Assembly (NCBI GenBank): GCA_964016885.1
Contig: OZ024742.1
Coordinates: forward strand, 300,142,001 to 300,206,000
Source of the DNA: Eledone cirrhosa
Taxonomy: Eukaryota
DNA: 64,000 bases
Direction: 5' to 3'
This document shows, one piece after another, positions 14,561-28,511 of the stretch. The notes under the pieces were generated by a model. The model searched no databases and was not told the origin of the DNA. It saw nothing but the letters and a program-made list of their open reading frames with translations. Numbering within the stretch: position 1 is the stretch's first letter; every line of letters starts with the position of its first letter. The translations under genes and the position numbers were made by a program.

Positions 14561-15727
14561 GTCGTTTATTTAATAGGATATCCTTAGATTTCATTATTTC
14601 AAATAGTTCTTGGGAACATAATCTACATTCATTTCTATTATTTTGATAAGGGGTGGCTCTTTTGAGCACACTCCAGGTCAAATCATATTCTATATTCTTA
14701 TTTTTATAACTATTGATTTTTTTTCTGCTAGAGATGTTGTATTAGCCAGTGCGGCATTTTTAAAACTATGTTTGTGGGTATTAAACCTTGTCTTAAAATT
14801 GTTAGAAGTAGCTCCTATATATGAGCAAATAGAATCTTTAGTTTTAACATTACATTGATAAACTATGTTGTTAACAAAACAATTTCCTTTTAATGGGCAG
14901 TTTGCTTTGTTTCTACAGTTACAACCTTTCGTTAATTCTGTATTTGAGGAGATATTATGGTTAGTTTGATGTATTGGTGGTATACTTATGGTTTTCTTAC
15001 ATTTATATGCATTATAGGCACTTATATTTTGTTTTATGTTATTTGTTGTTGAGTATGAGAATTTAACTGTAGACCTATTTAAGATTTGATGGTATTTGTG
15101 GTTTGGCGGGAAGTTTTTCTCTAGGATATAAAAAAAATTTTTAGCAATATTATCCTTAATTTGTAAATTAAATGGAGCATTATACCAAGTAACCCGTCTA
15201 TTACGGTTTCTATGTTGTTTATTATTTTTATTATTTTTATAGGTTGTATCGTGATGTTTACTAGGAGGATTAATGTTAATGATCTCACCACACACATTTT
15301 TAGTTATATTTGTAGATTTAGGTGTTTTATCTTGTTTATTAGGAGTTTTATTATTAACATTTATTAGAGTTGTATGATGAGTAGTTTTTTGAGAGTTACT
15401 ATACTTTATATTAGAAGATTTGGTATTTTGGGGTATAGTGTGGGTGGCATTTAGGTGTGTACTTTTCATTTGGTGTTTGTTGGTAATATTAGGTTGTATG
15501 ATTTTAGTATTTTTAGTAGAAGGTATATATTCTAATCTATTTTTGTGGCCACTTCTATCTAGAGCTTCGTTATAGAAGGTCGCATTTTTATCAAATACAT
15601 CTTGGTTAGAAGAGAGGTTAGAAATTCTAAGTGATATATTATATGCAAGGTTTTTAAGGATAGATTTAGGGTGATTAGATTGTGAGTGTATGTAATGTAA
15701 GTTTTGGTTGGGTTTATGGTAAGGTTG

Positions 15728-16631
15728 GTATATATGTGTGTATATATGTGTATATATATGTGTATATATATATATATATGTATATGTGTGTGTGTGTGTG
15801 TATGTGTGTGTATATATATATATATTTTCTTGATATATTTCTTTTTTCTTTTTCTTTTCTTTTTATTTCTAAGTTTATAGATACATTTATAAATAGGCAG
15901 TCTGCCGACACCGTTGAATACTGACCTCTCCCCCCCTCCCACCTAATTTCTGTATCTGGATCTAAATATGTGTGGCAGTGTTTATGTGCGTGCATTAATG
16001 TCCATATGCTTATGATAATACTATATACACATATATATGTGTGTGGGGGTGTGTGTGTGTATGTATGTTCGTAGTTATGTGTATGTTTATGCATATACGC
16101 GCGTGTGTGTGTGAGTGTACGAATATGTGTGAGTATATGAATGTGTGTATACATTTATTTTATATTTATGTGTCTATACGCATTTTATCTGTAGATTATA
16201 AACTTACAGAGACATTAGCCTTGAATTTTTGTATTTACATACATCTTTTTGGCATGCGTATGCATGTGAACATATATCTTTATGCATATCTGTGTACGAA
16301 GTTAATTACATGTATATACACACACCTAACTGCATAAACTTTTTGTATTTTCATTGGTCAATTTGAACTCTGTTCCCAAACGGACCTGAAATTTTGAATT
16401 GTTGTTATTATCAATAAATATATTTCATTATTTCTGAAGACGGCATATATATGTGTTTGGTATGTATATTTAATTTTGATAGTTTGTATAATTTTGTATA
16501 ATTTTGTACATAGATCTGTTGAATATGCATGCCAATTCTAACACATATATATCCTAGAAACGATCGTTAAATAATGAACTTTTTTTGTTTAATATAAGGA
16601 ACTGTTTCATTGTTTTATTCATTATTTTTTT
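15728..16631 (+). repeat. Inverted copy (about 900 bp) of the PLE 3' terminus (10667-11555) at the 5' truncation point
   Basis: Mirror ORFs 11125-11760(+) and 15714-16154(-); unique segments are reverse complementary. Confidence 0.9.
16424..16578 (+). ncRNA. Hammerhead ribozyme with a stem II domain of about 116 nt
   Basis: ttcattattt-CTGAAGA-[cgg c atatatatgtgtt tggtatgtatatt ... aatatgcatgcca..aacacatatatat cc ta]-GAAAC GATC GTT-aaataatgaa; 10-bp stem I; palindromic stem III. Confidence 0.75.
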
Positions 16632-16679
16632 AATATTTTATATATACATATATACACATATATATATATATGTATATAT

Positions 16680-16711
<32 letters not shown>

Positions 16712-16714
16712 GTG

Positions 16715-17281
16715 TGAAAAGTGTAATTTACTACACAAAACGAAGGTTATAGAGAAAATTGAGGTTGGTAATGGCACATGGAATATATAAGAGACAGAAT
16801 ACTTTTTTGTGAAAAAACATATAATTTTATAAGGTAAGGAAATAATAAAGGGTATAAAAAATGACCGGTTTCGATGGGTCTGCAAAAGCCATCTTTTCAA
16901 ATGTTGATTAATATTAAGAAAAATTAATTATAAGAAGAGTTAAAATTTGAGATTTGAAAATTCAAGTATAAAATTCATTGGGGGATTTCACAGTATTTTT
17001 CATCTTGGTAGCAGCTCGTTTAGCAGCTCGTTGACTGCTAGGTGCCTTTCTGGTAGTGAATGAGAAGTTATTTGGGGGTGTGGGTTATTTTATAAAGGTC
17101 AAATTTAGCAATGGCCAGATGGCCAGCTGCTGGTCAGTGAGGGGGTGGAAGCAATATACATACATATATCTTCCTGTGGAAGGTAGGAGAGGGGAGATTG
17201 ATAGAAAGGGATTTAGTGCACTTACACCTATATATATACACACATACCTTCATCCACACATACATACATATACATATACAT

Positions 17282-17330
<49 letters not shown>
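16715..17330 (-). repeat. 3' pLTR of the PLE
   Basis: Near-identical to 21682-22300; ORFs 16622-16900/21607-21867 and 17056/22024 begin identically. Confidence 0.9.
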
Positions 17331-17334
<4 letters not shown>

Positions 17335-17481
17335 CATACATATACACACGTACATACACACACACATACATCCAGATACACACACACATACACACACACA
17401 TATATGCACATACACACACATATATATATATATACACACACACACATATATATACATACACATACATCCAGATACACACAT

Positions 17482-17512
<31 letters not shown>

Positions 17513-17635
17513 CATATATATATATACATACACACATACAAACACACACACACACACATATATATACACATACACACACATATATATACACACACACACA
17601 CATATATATACACATACGCATACATCCAGATACAC

Positions 17636-17678
<43 letters not shown>

Positions 17679-17699
17679 CAATACATACATCCACATGCA

Positions 17700-17741
<42 letters not shown>

Positions 17742-18134
17742 CACATACATACACCCACACACTGAGAAATGGCCTCCAAATATATATATATATACATACA
17801 TACACATATATTTTTTCCATAATATAAGAAGTTAGGACAGTGAAATTAAAATACAAGTCATTCTGATCACATTGAGTTCTTCATGTAGATTGGGCCCCGC
17901 AACCGACAGTGGTGAATTCTGTGTGCGCATATATATATAGATATATGTGTGTGCACGTGCAGGGTTTAACATGGATGTGTTGGTCACACAAAGGCATGGT
18001 CTGTCAACGAATAAACCTGATTCTACAGAATTGGTCTCTGGTCTTTAATAGTAGTGATAATTATATACATGCACACCTACAAACACATATATCTGTCACT
18101 CCGTGCGTATGTGTGTTTATATTTTATGACAATT

Positions 18135-20452
18135 CTATTGGGGTGATAACCCGTTTAGTTTTGGTTTAAATTTATTAAGGAATAGATTTTCTTTGTTTAT
18201 TCTTTGTTGCTGTGTGAACGAATCTGAGCACTTGTAGAAGGGGAAGATTTTAAAGTTGGGTAGTGTCATTCCTGCGCAGTTCGCAATATGGCTGCTCAAG
18301 GGGATTTTTCTTGTGCTAGCGTCCCGGATTTGTTGGCGGTGGATGGTCATTCTTTTGCGTAATGAGGTGCCCGTCTGTCCTATGTAGTTGTGTTTGCACG
18401 CACCGCAAGTTATTGCGTAAATCAAGTTCTCCGAGTTGCAGGTGAAATTGTTTTTTACTGTAAATGTTTGGCCATCTTTAAATATAAATTTTTGTCCTTC
18501 AGTGAGGTAGAGGCACATTCCACAGTTTGTTCTACCACATTTGGTAACTGTAGGGTTGAGGATTGGTTTGGGTATATTTGGTCCAGTGAGAATGCGTTTA
18601 AGTGATTTGGGTTGTCTTTTACTTTTAAGGATCTTGTGTGTTTCAAGAATAGACTTCATTTTTACATCTTTAAGTAGGATGGGGAGGTTTTTGTGTAGGT
18701 GATCAAACATTTCGGTATTTCTGGGGTTGAAAGTGGATACATATGGCAGGGTGTTGAGTGTGGTTTTCTGTTTTGGATTGTTAAGTTGATGGGGATTTAG
18801 GTGTTTTGCCCTGTCTATTCCATTGTGGATTATTTCAAGTGGAAAGGCTCTTAAGATAAGGGTGTCTTTTAGTTCCTTTAGTCTTTGCTCCCGTTTAGGT
18901 GGATCTGATACTATGGTACATATACGTTTGGCCAAATTGTAAGGAATGTTAAGTTTTGTATGTTTTGGGTGACTTGATGTGAAAAAGAGGTATTGCTTGG
19001 AATCTGTGGGTTTATAGAATATATCTGTATCTAATTTCCCGTCTATTACAGAGATGAGAATATCCAAGAAGGCTAATTCCTTGGGATTGGATTCCATTGT
19101 GAATTGTATGTTATTATCTATGTTGTTTATCATGTTTTTAAACATAGTAAGTGAGTTCATGTCTTCTTGCCATAGGATAAAGCAGTCGTCTAGATATCTT
19201 TTCCAATTGGCTTTGAGGTGTGTGTGGAAAGAGTCTCCAAATAAGAGAAGGACTGACTGTATATTTGTTGTTCATGGAATCCCATGACTAGGTTGGCATA
19301 TGTGGGTGCTACTTTCGTGCCCATTGCCGTACCTGATACTTGTCTGTATGTTGAACCATTGAATGTGAAGTAGTTATTTTGTAGGATAAAGCGGAGTCCG
19401 TCAGTGATAAAATCTTTGTTGATGCGTGTCGGTATTTCTGATGGGTGTGTGTTAAGCCAGTATTGGACTGCTGTTATTCCATAGTTGTGGGGTATGTTTG
19501 TGTAGAGGTTTATTACGTCAAAGGAGACAAGAATTGTATTTGCACTTACTGTTTTAGGGAGGTGTTTCAGCATGTCAAGGTCATCTCGTATGTAGCTCTG
19601 TATATGTTGTAGAAAGGGTTTCAGTAGGATGTCCAGAAAGTTGCTAAGTCTGTGGTTTTCACATGTAGGGCCTGCTATAATTGGCCTGAGTTTTAGGTCT
19701 TCTGGTGGTGTTAGTTCAATGTAATTGTTGGTTGAGGTGTCACATGCATCGTTTATGGGTTTACATTTGTGGAGTTTCGGTAAGCCGTAAAAAGAGCTTG
19801 TATTGCATTTGAAGTGGCTTATATAGTTAAACTCTTTTGTGGTTAAGCTGTTGCGGTATTTATTCAGTAAGGTCAAAAGGTTCCCCATTGTTTTGGTGTG
19901 TTTGTAGTTTTCTGTTTTTTCATAGTATGTGTTGTTTTCTAAAATGTTAAATGCGAGGGTCCTATAGTAGTCCGTATTCATAATGACAACAGTACTGCCT
20001 TTATCGGCTTCTTTGATAGTTATCTCAGGGTTGTTTCTAAGTGTGAATAATTCTTCCCATTCGTGTGTAGATATGTTTGATTTCGTGTGTTTATTTGTAA
20101 TTTTTTCATAGGGAAAGTTGGTGATGTGTTCGCAGTACGTGTCCAGTGCTTTATTTCTTCCCTTTTGTGGGCAGAAATTGCTTTTATTTCTAACCAGTGA
20201 TTCGTCTTCAGTGTTGGTGTCGTTCTGGGAGAATTCCGTTTGTCGCAGCTTTCGACAGTATTCCATGATGTCATCCTTCGTTTCGGGGAAGTTTGGTTTA
20301 CGTGGTGTGGGTGTAAATTTCAGGCCCTTACTTAAAATGTTGATTTGTGTGTTGGTTAGAGGTGTCTTTGAGAGGTTGATTATTTTTGGTTTTTCCTGAG
20401 GGGGGGGGGGGGGCATCGAGTATCCTGGTATTTCAGGCTTTTCCCTAAAAAA
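18135..20452 (-). pseudogene. PLE RT plus GIY-YIG endonuclease, frameshifted near 19250
   Basis: KIINLS, LSKGLKFTPTP, KEADKGS, FYGLPKLHK, LRPIIAGP, SFDVINLYTNI, GTAMGT; RYLDDC in the shifted frame; FLDI, YKPTD, CGRTNCGMC, NLIYAITC..C..NYIGQT. Confidence 0.9.
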
Positions 20453-21653
20453 GGAATGTAGTTTTGTGTGTGATTATATTTTGTTGGTCTGTTGCGTGTG
20501 GGTCTGTAGCTTGTTGTTTCATGAGGGTGAAAATGTGATGGTGGGAGTGGTATGTGTTGTGGTTGTTGATGAGCAAGGGTTCTGTTGTTGGTTCATGTGG
20601 TCTGGGTGCGTTATTTCTGTGGTACAGAGTGTTGAGATTGGGGGGTTGTCTTTTGTTGGATTGAGGGTGATGTCTGGTGTGGTTGTGGGTAAGTTCTGTT
20701 GTGATTTCAAGTGGTCTGGGTGGATTTCTTCTGAGGAATGTGGTGTGTGTGTTGTGAGTTGGATCTATGTTATTTCGTCGTTGGTTTATGTAGGGGGCAT
20801 TTCTACGGAAACCTGTGTTGTGGTGGTTGGGTGTGTTTCTTTTGGTGTAGTTGGCCGTATTTGGTTTGTGTTGGTGGGGGATGTGCCTGTGGTTAGTGTG
20901 TGTTGGGTTTGGTGGTGTAAATGTGTCTGTTGTAGTTCTTGTTATGTTCAAATGCTTTATAAAGGGGTTACCTGTTTGGTGCGTCCTTTTAAAGTCTTCT
21001 TCATATTTGAGGAACCAGTTTTCGGATTTTTCCCACCGTTTAAGGGAAGTAATTTCTGCATTCTCGCAGTCCTGTTTCCACGATTTGATTAAATTTTGTA
21101 GGATTGTTCCCTCGGCCTTTTTAGTGCATTCTTCCTCCATATTTTTATCAGTATCCTTATACTCTTGCTCGTTGGAGGTGGCCCTTAATTTTAGGAGTTC
21201 TATTTCCATGTTTATCCTGTTGAGTGACATTTGTTCACGGAGTTTTCTTTCTGGTTCAGGTTCCTTTGTAATATGCTTTATTTGGAATTTACGTGGTAAA
21301 ACTATCGGTGTTGAGTTAATCCATTTTTGGTAAATTCCAGCTTTGTTGAGGTTTTTTATCATATTCCAGAAAGTGAATTTTCTGGTTTTTAGATGTTTTT
21401 TCCAGGTGTCCCATTTGGTTTTTGATATGGAGCAATGTCGTCTGTTCTGTGTTGGTATTCATAAGTTTTTCGATGGAGTTGCATACGATTTGAACGTTTA
21501 AATAAATTTGGTTGTCAGTCGGTGTGGTGGTTTGGGGTATATCCTGTTTTTTTTTGTCAGAATGGTGAGTTTTCCATTTATCTCTTTTAGGATTTTCAGG
21601 ATTTCCTCATTTATATTGGAGTTTGAAGTTGTGTTGTCTTGTTCCAGTGCCAT
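20445..21653 (-). CDS. PLE upstream ORF (ORF1-like): charged helical region plus H/N/T/P-rich tail; 5' part disrupted
   Basis: 305-aa ORF 20445-21362 extends upstream in frame (KWDTWKKHLKTRKFTFWN); an ATG at 21653 (MALEQDNTTSNSNINEEILKILKEI) lies just after the pLTR. Confidence 0.65.
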
Positions 21654-21681
21654 TTTCCGGATTTGCGTAAGTTAGTATATA

Positions 21682-22247
21682 TGAAAAGTGTAATTTACTA
21701 CACAAAACGAAGGTTATAGAGAAAATTGAGGTTGGTAATGGCACATGGAATATATAAGAGACAGAATACTTTTTTGTGAAAAAACATATAATTTTATAAG
21801 GTAAGGAAATAATAAAGGGTATAAAAAATGACCGCTTTCGATGGGTCTGCAAAAGCCATCTTTTCAAATGTTGATTAATATTAAGAAAAATTAATTATAA
21901 GAAGAGTTAAAATTTGAGATTTGAAAATTCAAGTATAAAATTCATTGGGGGGATTTCACAGTATTTTTCATCTTGGTAGCAGCTCGTTTAGCAGCTCGTT
22001 GACTGCTAGGTGCCTTTCTGGTAGTGAATGAGAAGTTATTTGGGGGTGTGGGTTATTTTATAAAGGTCAAATTTAGCAATGGCCAGATGGCCAGCTGCTG
22101 GTCAGTGAGGGGGTGGAAGCAATATACATACATATATCTTCCTGTGGTAGGTAGGAGAGGGGAGATTGATAGAAAGGGATTTAGTGCACTTACACCTATA
22201 TATACACACATACCTTCATCCACACATACATACATATACATATACAT

Positions 22248-22289
<42 letters not shown>

Positions 22290-22300
22290 CCATACATATA
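21682..22300 (-). repeat. 5' pLTR of the PLE
   Basis: Direct repeat of 16715-17330. Confidence 0.9.
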
Positions 22301-22420
22301 CACACGTACATACACACACACATACATATATATACACACACATACATATATATACACACACACATACACACCCCCAAATAAATTACACTTTTCACATATA
22401 TATATATATATACATATACG

Positions 22421-22451
<31 letters not shown>

Positions 22452-22581
22452 GTATATATATGTATATGTATATGTATATATATATATGTATATATAAAAA
22501 AATTGATGAGCAGAACAAACAAACATTAAACAATCCTTTAAATAAATTAAAAAATAATTTAAATATCTACCTGTTCATAAT

Positions 22582-22660
22582 GCTATTACCGGCGGTTTCC
22601 ATCCACAAAAGATTGGAAATTCGGAGAATTTCCAACGGAAAGTAGATTTCTTCAGATAGC
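22582..22660 (-). ncRNA. Type I hammerhead ribozyme with extended stem II
   Basis: gctat-CTGAAGA-a atctac tttccg ttggaaatt ctccg aatttccaa tctttt gtggat g-GAA-ACCG c CGGT-A-atagc. Confidence 0.8.
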
Positions 22661-23134
22661 TATTTCCATTCTATAGGACATTTGTCCCACGGTCAGCAAA
22701 TATAATGCTAACTACCAGCACGTATGGGCTATAGCCGTTAAAGTGACCCGTATGTGACCTGGCCACTAGAGCAAGCGGGAATATTATAGACTTGTTGATG
22801 GCTTGACTGCTAAAAAAATAGCAGTAAGCAACAACGAATTTTTTCTCTACATAGATTGGAGAATATATAAAAATGAAATAAATATCTCATTGAGCACTAA
22901 GTACACACTGAGATATATAGAGTGTCTACAATATAATTGTTGTTCTATGGTACTAATTCGAGATACCAGAACTATAAAAATTGCTCCTTTCTTATAGAAA
23001 TCTACGATATAGAATTTCTTCAATTGAAATTTACAATTCAGTATTCGAAATAGCTTCGATTGCGTCTTGGCACAGATAATTTTTTCAATTTCACCCACAA
23101 TTACGCAAAAAATAGATAAAACTCAATATTTTAC

Positions 23135-23538
23135 GCAGAACATTGGTAAACCTCCTACTCTCTGCCTCCCTGCGTGCTAAGTATACCTGACGTCTAGCTT
23201 CTCTCTTAGTGGCTGTATATTCTTCCCTACTCCCACCCTTTTTCCAAGCCTTCCATGCTAGTCTTTTTTATTTTTAATGGCCTTATCTACTGTGCTGTTC
23301 CACCACCAGGTCACTCTCAGTCTGGCTGGAGCTCTGTTCCAGCCACAGGTTTCATCAGTAGCCTGCAGCAAATTGTCACGTAAGAAATTCAAGATATTAT
23401 CTATGTCATACGTCTCTAAATCGTCTTCTTTTTCGTCATATACATCTTGAAGGACTTTCCTAAATTTGTATTTTAGTGAAAGGTCTTTTAGCTTCCAGAC
23501 CTTTCTTCTCCACACCTTATATGTCTCATCCCATCATT

Positions 23539-23540
<2 letters not shown>
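23135..23540 (-). mobile_element. RTE family B fragment duplicating 27347-27752
   Basis: ORF 23258-23515 nearly equals ORF 27440-27727 and has the same 5' junction sequence. Confidence 0.88.
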
Positions 23541-24952
<1,412 letters not shown>

Positions 24953-24999
24953 ATCGTCATCATCATCATCATTTTACGTCCGCTTTTCCCTGCTTGCAA

Positions 25000-25284
25000 T
25001 TTTTTTGCTGGCAAGACCAATATCAGTCTTAGCAGGGTTGATTAATCTACAACTAGGACGATTAATAAAGTCGGGTTTATGATCTTTAAGGGTGATATAC
25101 GAAGAACGTTTAGCAAGTTTTTCTGTCCTATTATCTATTTTTAAAGAAACAGCTAATTCTTTAGCTTCCTTATTTATATTATGGTACGTATTTATATTAG
25201 CCATTTGGTATTTAGAGGTGATATTATCTAGTAATAGTTGGTCGTGTAAATTATTATTAATTTACACGACCAACTATTAATAGA
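25000..25284 (-). mobile_element. Internal RT fragment of a Naiad-like PLE with a terminal hairpin
   Basis: ORF 24974-25204: [28 protein letters not shown]; inverted repeat at 25227-25284. Confidence 0.78.
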
Positions 25285-25319
25285 TAAATATATATACATA
25301 CATATATATATATACATAC

Positions 25320-25380
<61 letters not shown>

Positions 25381-25422
25381 CATACATATATATATATATA
25401 TACATACATATATATATATATA

Positions 25423-27732
25423 CATCGTCATCATCATCATCATTTTACGTCCGCTTTTCCCTGCTTGCAAGGGTGGGACGGGTCTTATTCAGCACAGCAT
25501 CTCTCCACTCGTCACGGTCCTTCGTCATCTCCACCGTGAGCTTCAATGATCTGAGGTCTGTTCTCACCACCTCCGCCCATGTTTTTCGTGGTCTACCTCT
25601 ACCACGTCTTCCTTCAACTGGCATTTCCTGGCACTTCTTCACCCATCGGTCATCCTCCATACGCATCACATGTCCATACCACCTCAGTCTCCTCTGCCGT
25701 ACACTACATTCTATCCCTCTCAGACAGTTTCTCTCTCAACACATTTATGCTGGGTCGTTCACGCACATTTACACTGCACATCCAACGGAGCATGCTTGCC
25801 TCATTTCTCTCCAGCCGTCGCATATCCTCTGCAGTTGCTGCCCATGTCTCACTACCATGCAACATCGCGCTCCTCACACAGGCATCATACAACCGGCCTT
25901 TCGTACGCAGGGAGAAACCCTTCTTCGTCAACAGAGGAAGCAGCTCCCTAAACTTCTTCTAGCCCGTCCTTATTCTAGATACTATGGCCTCGGAACACCC
26001 TCCTCTCATGCTAATCTGATCTCCTAGGTACCGGAAGCTATCCACCACTTCTATAGCGCCCTCCTGCATTTGAAAAATGTATCTATCAACGCGACTTCTA
26101 CTGTCTAATTTCCCTGTACATCTACTGCATACATATTTCTCCCTACTTGTTAGTTTGCCTGCTATCCTACTACATCTCTTGTGTACCCAGGATCTGCATT
26201 GTGTGCATTTTATAGAATTTATGCCAGTTCCTTTTCTGCATATCGAACATGGTCATTTCCCTGACGGAATCAGGGTTTTGTCCTCTTTTCTACTCATCAA
26301 CACTTTTGTCTTAGCTAGGTTCACTCTCAGTCCTCTTGCTTCCAACTTCTGTTTCCCTAGCCAAAATTTATTCTCTAGCTGCTCTACTGATTCTGCTATA
26401 AGAACTAGATCGTCAGCATAGAGAAGTTCCCATGGACAGCCAGTCTTAAACTCCTCTGTTATGGCTTGGAGGACTATAATGAACAAGAGCGGTCTGAGGA
26501 CCGAACTCTGATGTACTCCTACTTGTATCTGGAATTCCTCACTAAACTCCATTCCTCCCCTGACTTTACTGAGAGTAACTCTGTACAAAGTTTGCACTGT
26601 CCTCACAAGCCATTCCTCAACACCTAGCTTCCTTATGGACCACCAGATGACAGATCGGGGTACCCTATCAAAGGCCTTCTCTAGGTCAACAAAGGCTAAG
26701 TATAGTGGCTTATTTTTCTCTAAGAACCTCTCTTGCAATTGTCTCACCAAGAAGAGGGCATCTGTTGTACTCTTCCCAGGCACAAAACCAAACTGCATCT
26801 CATGTAGTTTGACCCTTTCTCTAATTAGTTGTGCTAATATCCTTTCTGCCACTTTCATAACCTGATCTATCAGTTTCATACCCCTATAATTGCTCCTCTC
26901 CAGAGCATCCCCTTTACCTTTGTAGCAATTTATGAGAATACTGCTGCACCAGTCTTTGGGTATGACACCACCATATATAGCCTGATTGATGATGCGTGCA
27001 ACCAGTTTAGTGCCTATGTCCCCTGATGCCTTCAGCATCTCAGCAACTATTCCCGATGGTCCAGCAGCCATTTGTCATTTCCCTAATTGCCTCTTGGACC
27101 CTATATTCGTCAATCTCAATAGCTGGTCCCTCTGTCGGATCTACCAAGGGTAATTTCTCTCTCTCCCATTTGTTCTCCACATTCATCAGTCTCTCAGAAT
27201 GACATTTCCAGGCCTCCTTTTTCTGATCATTCGTGACACTAATTACACAGGCATCATCCCGGACACATTTATCTCCAACAACATCCTGATTTGCATTGAC
27301 ACACTGCCTTGCAATGTGGAACAGCGCACGCCTCTGATCTTCCCGTCGCAGAACATTGGCAAACCTCCTACTCTCTGCATCCCTGCGTGCTAAGTATACC
27401 TGACGTCTAGCTTCTCTCTTAGTGGCTGTATATTCTTCCCTACTCCCACCCTTTTTCCAAGCCTTCCATGCTAGTCTTTTTTATTCTAATGGCCTTATCT
27501 ACTGTGCTGTTCCACCACCAGGTTACTCTCTGTCTGGCTGGAGCTCTGTTCCAGCCACAGGTTTCATCAGTAGCCAGCAGCAAGTTGTCACGTAAGAAAT
27601 TCCAGATATTATCTATGTCATACGTCTCTAAATCGTCTTCTTTTTCGTCATATACATCTTGAAGGACTTTCCTAAATTTGTATTTTAGTGAAAGGTCTTT
27701 TAGCTTCCAGACCTTTCTTCTCCACACCTTAT
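25423..27732 (-). mobile_element. 5'-truncated RTE LINE (family B), degenerate
   Basis: ORF 26253-27071 RT (QFGFVPGKSTTDA, LLYADD); C-terminus GRRGRGRPRKTW; (GAT)n tail. Confidence 0.92.
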
Positions 27733-27750
27733 ATGTCTCATCCCATCATT

Positions 27751-28350
<600 letters not shown>

Positions 28351-28511
28351 TCTTGAAGGACTTTCCTAAATTTGTATTTTAGTGAAAGGTCTTTTAGCTT
28401 CCAGACCTTTCTTCTCCACACCTTCCTATATGTCTCATTCCATCATACATACATATATATATATACATATATACATATATATATATATACATATACATAT
28501 ATATACATATA

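Larger units (their letters stand above)
10667..15727 (-). mobile_element. 5'-truncated Naiad-like PLE: RT thumb, linker, GIY-YIG endonuclease, long microsatellite-rich 3' region ending in a hammerhead
   Basis: Frame near 15727 reads YKPYHKPNQNLHYIHSQSNHP; ORF 14690-15469 has WYNAPFN, CNCRNKANCPLKGNC, NIVYQC..YIGAT..FKTRFNTHKHSF; ORF 14496-14681 has CRLC..E..LLNKRQE. Clade assignment is from recalled motifs. Confidence 0.83.
16715..22396 (-). mobile_element. Full-length Neptune-like PLE with direct terminal repeats (pLTRs), an upstream ORF and RT-GIY-YIG
   Basis: Direct repeats 16715-17330 and 21682-22300; RT and endonuclease ORFs between them; an 18-nt inverted copy of the 3' terminus at 22379-22396. 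Confidence 0.9.

Noticed and set aside
16715-22300. LTR retrotransposon, suggested by the direct repeats
   Set aside because: RT is PLE-type with a GIY-YIG domain; no protease, RNase H, integrase or primer-binding site seen.
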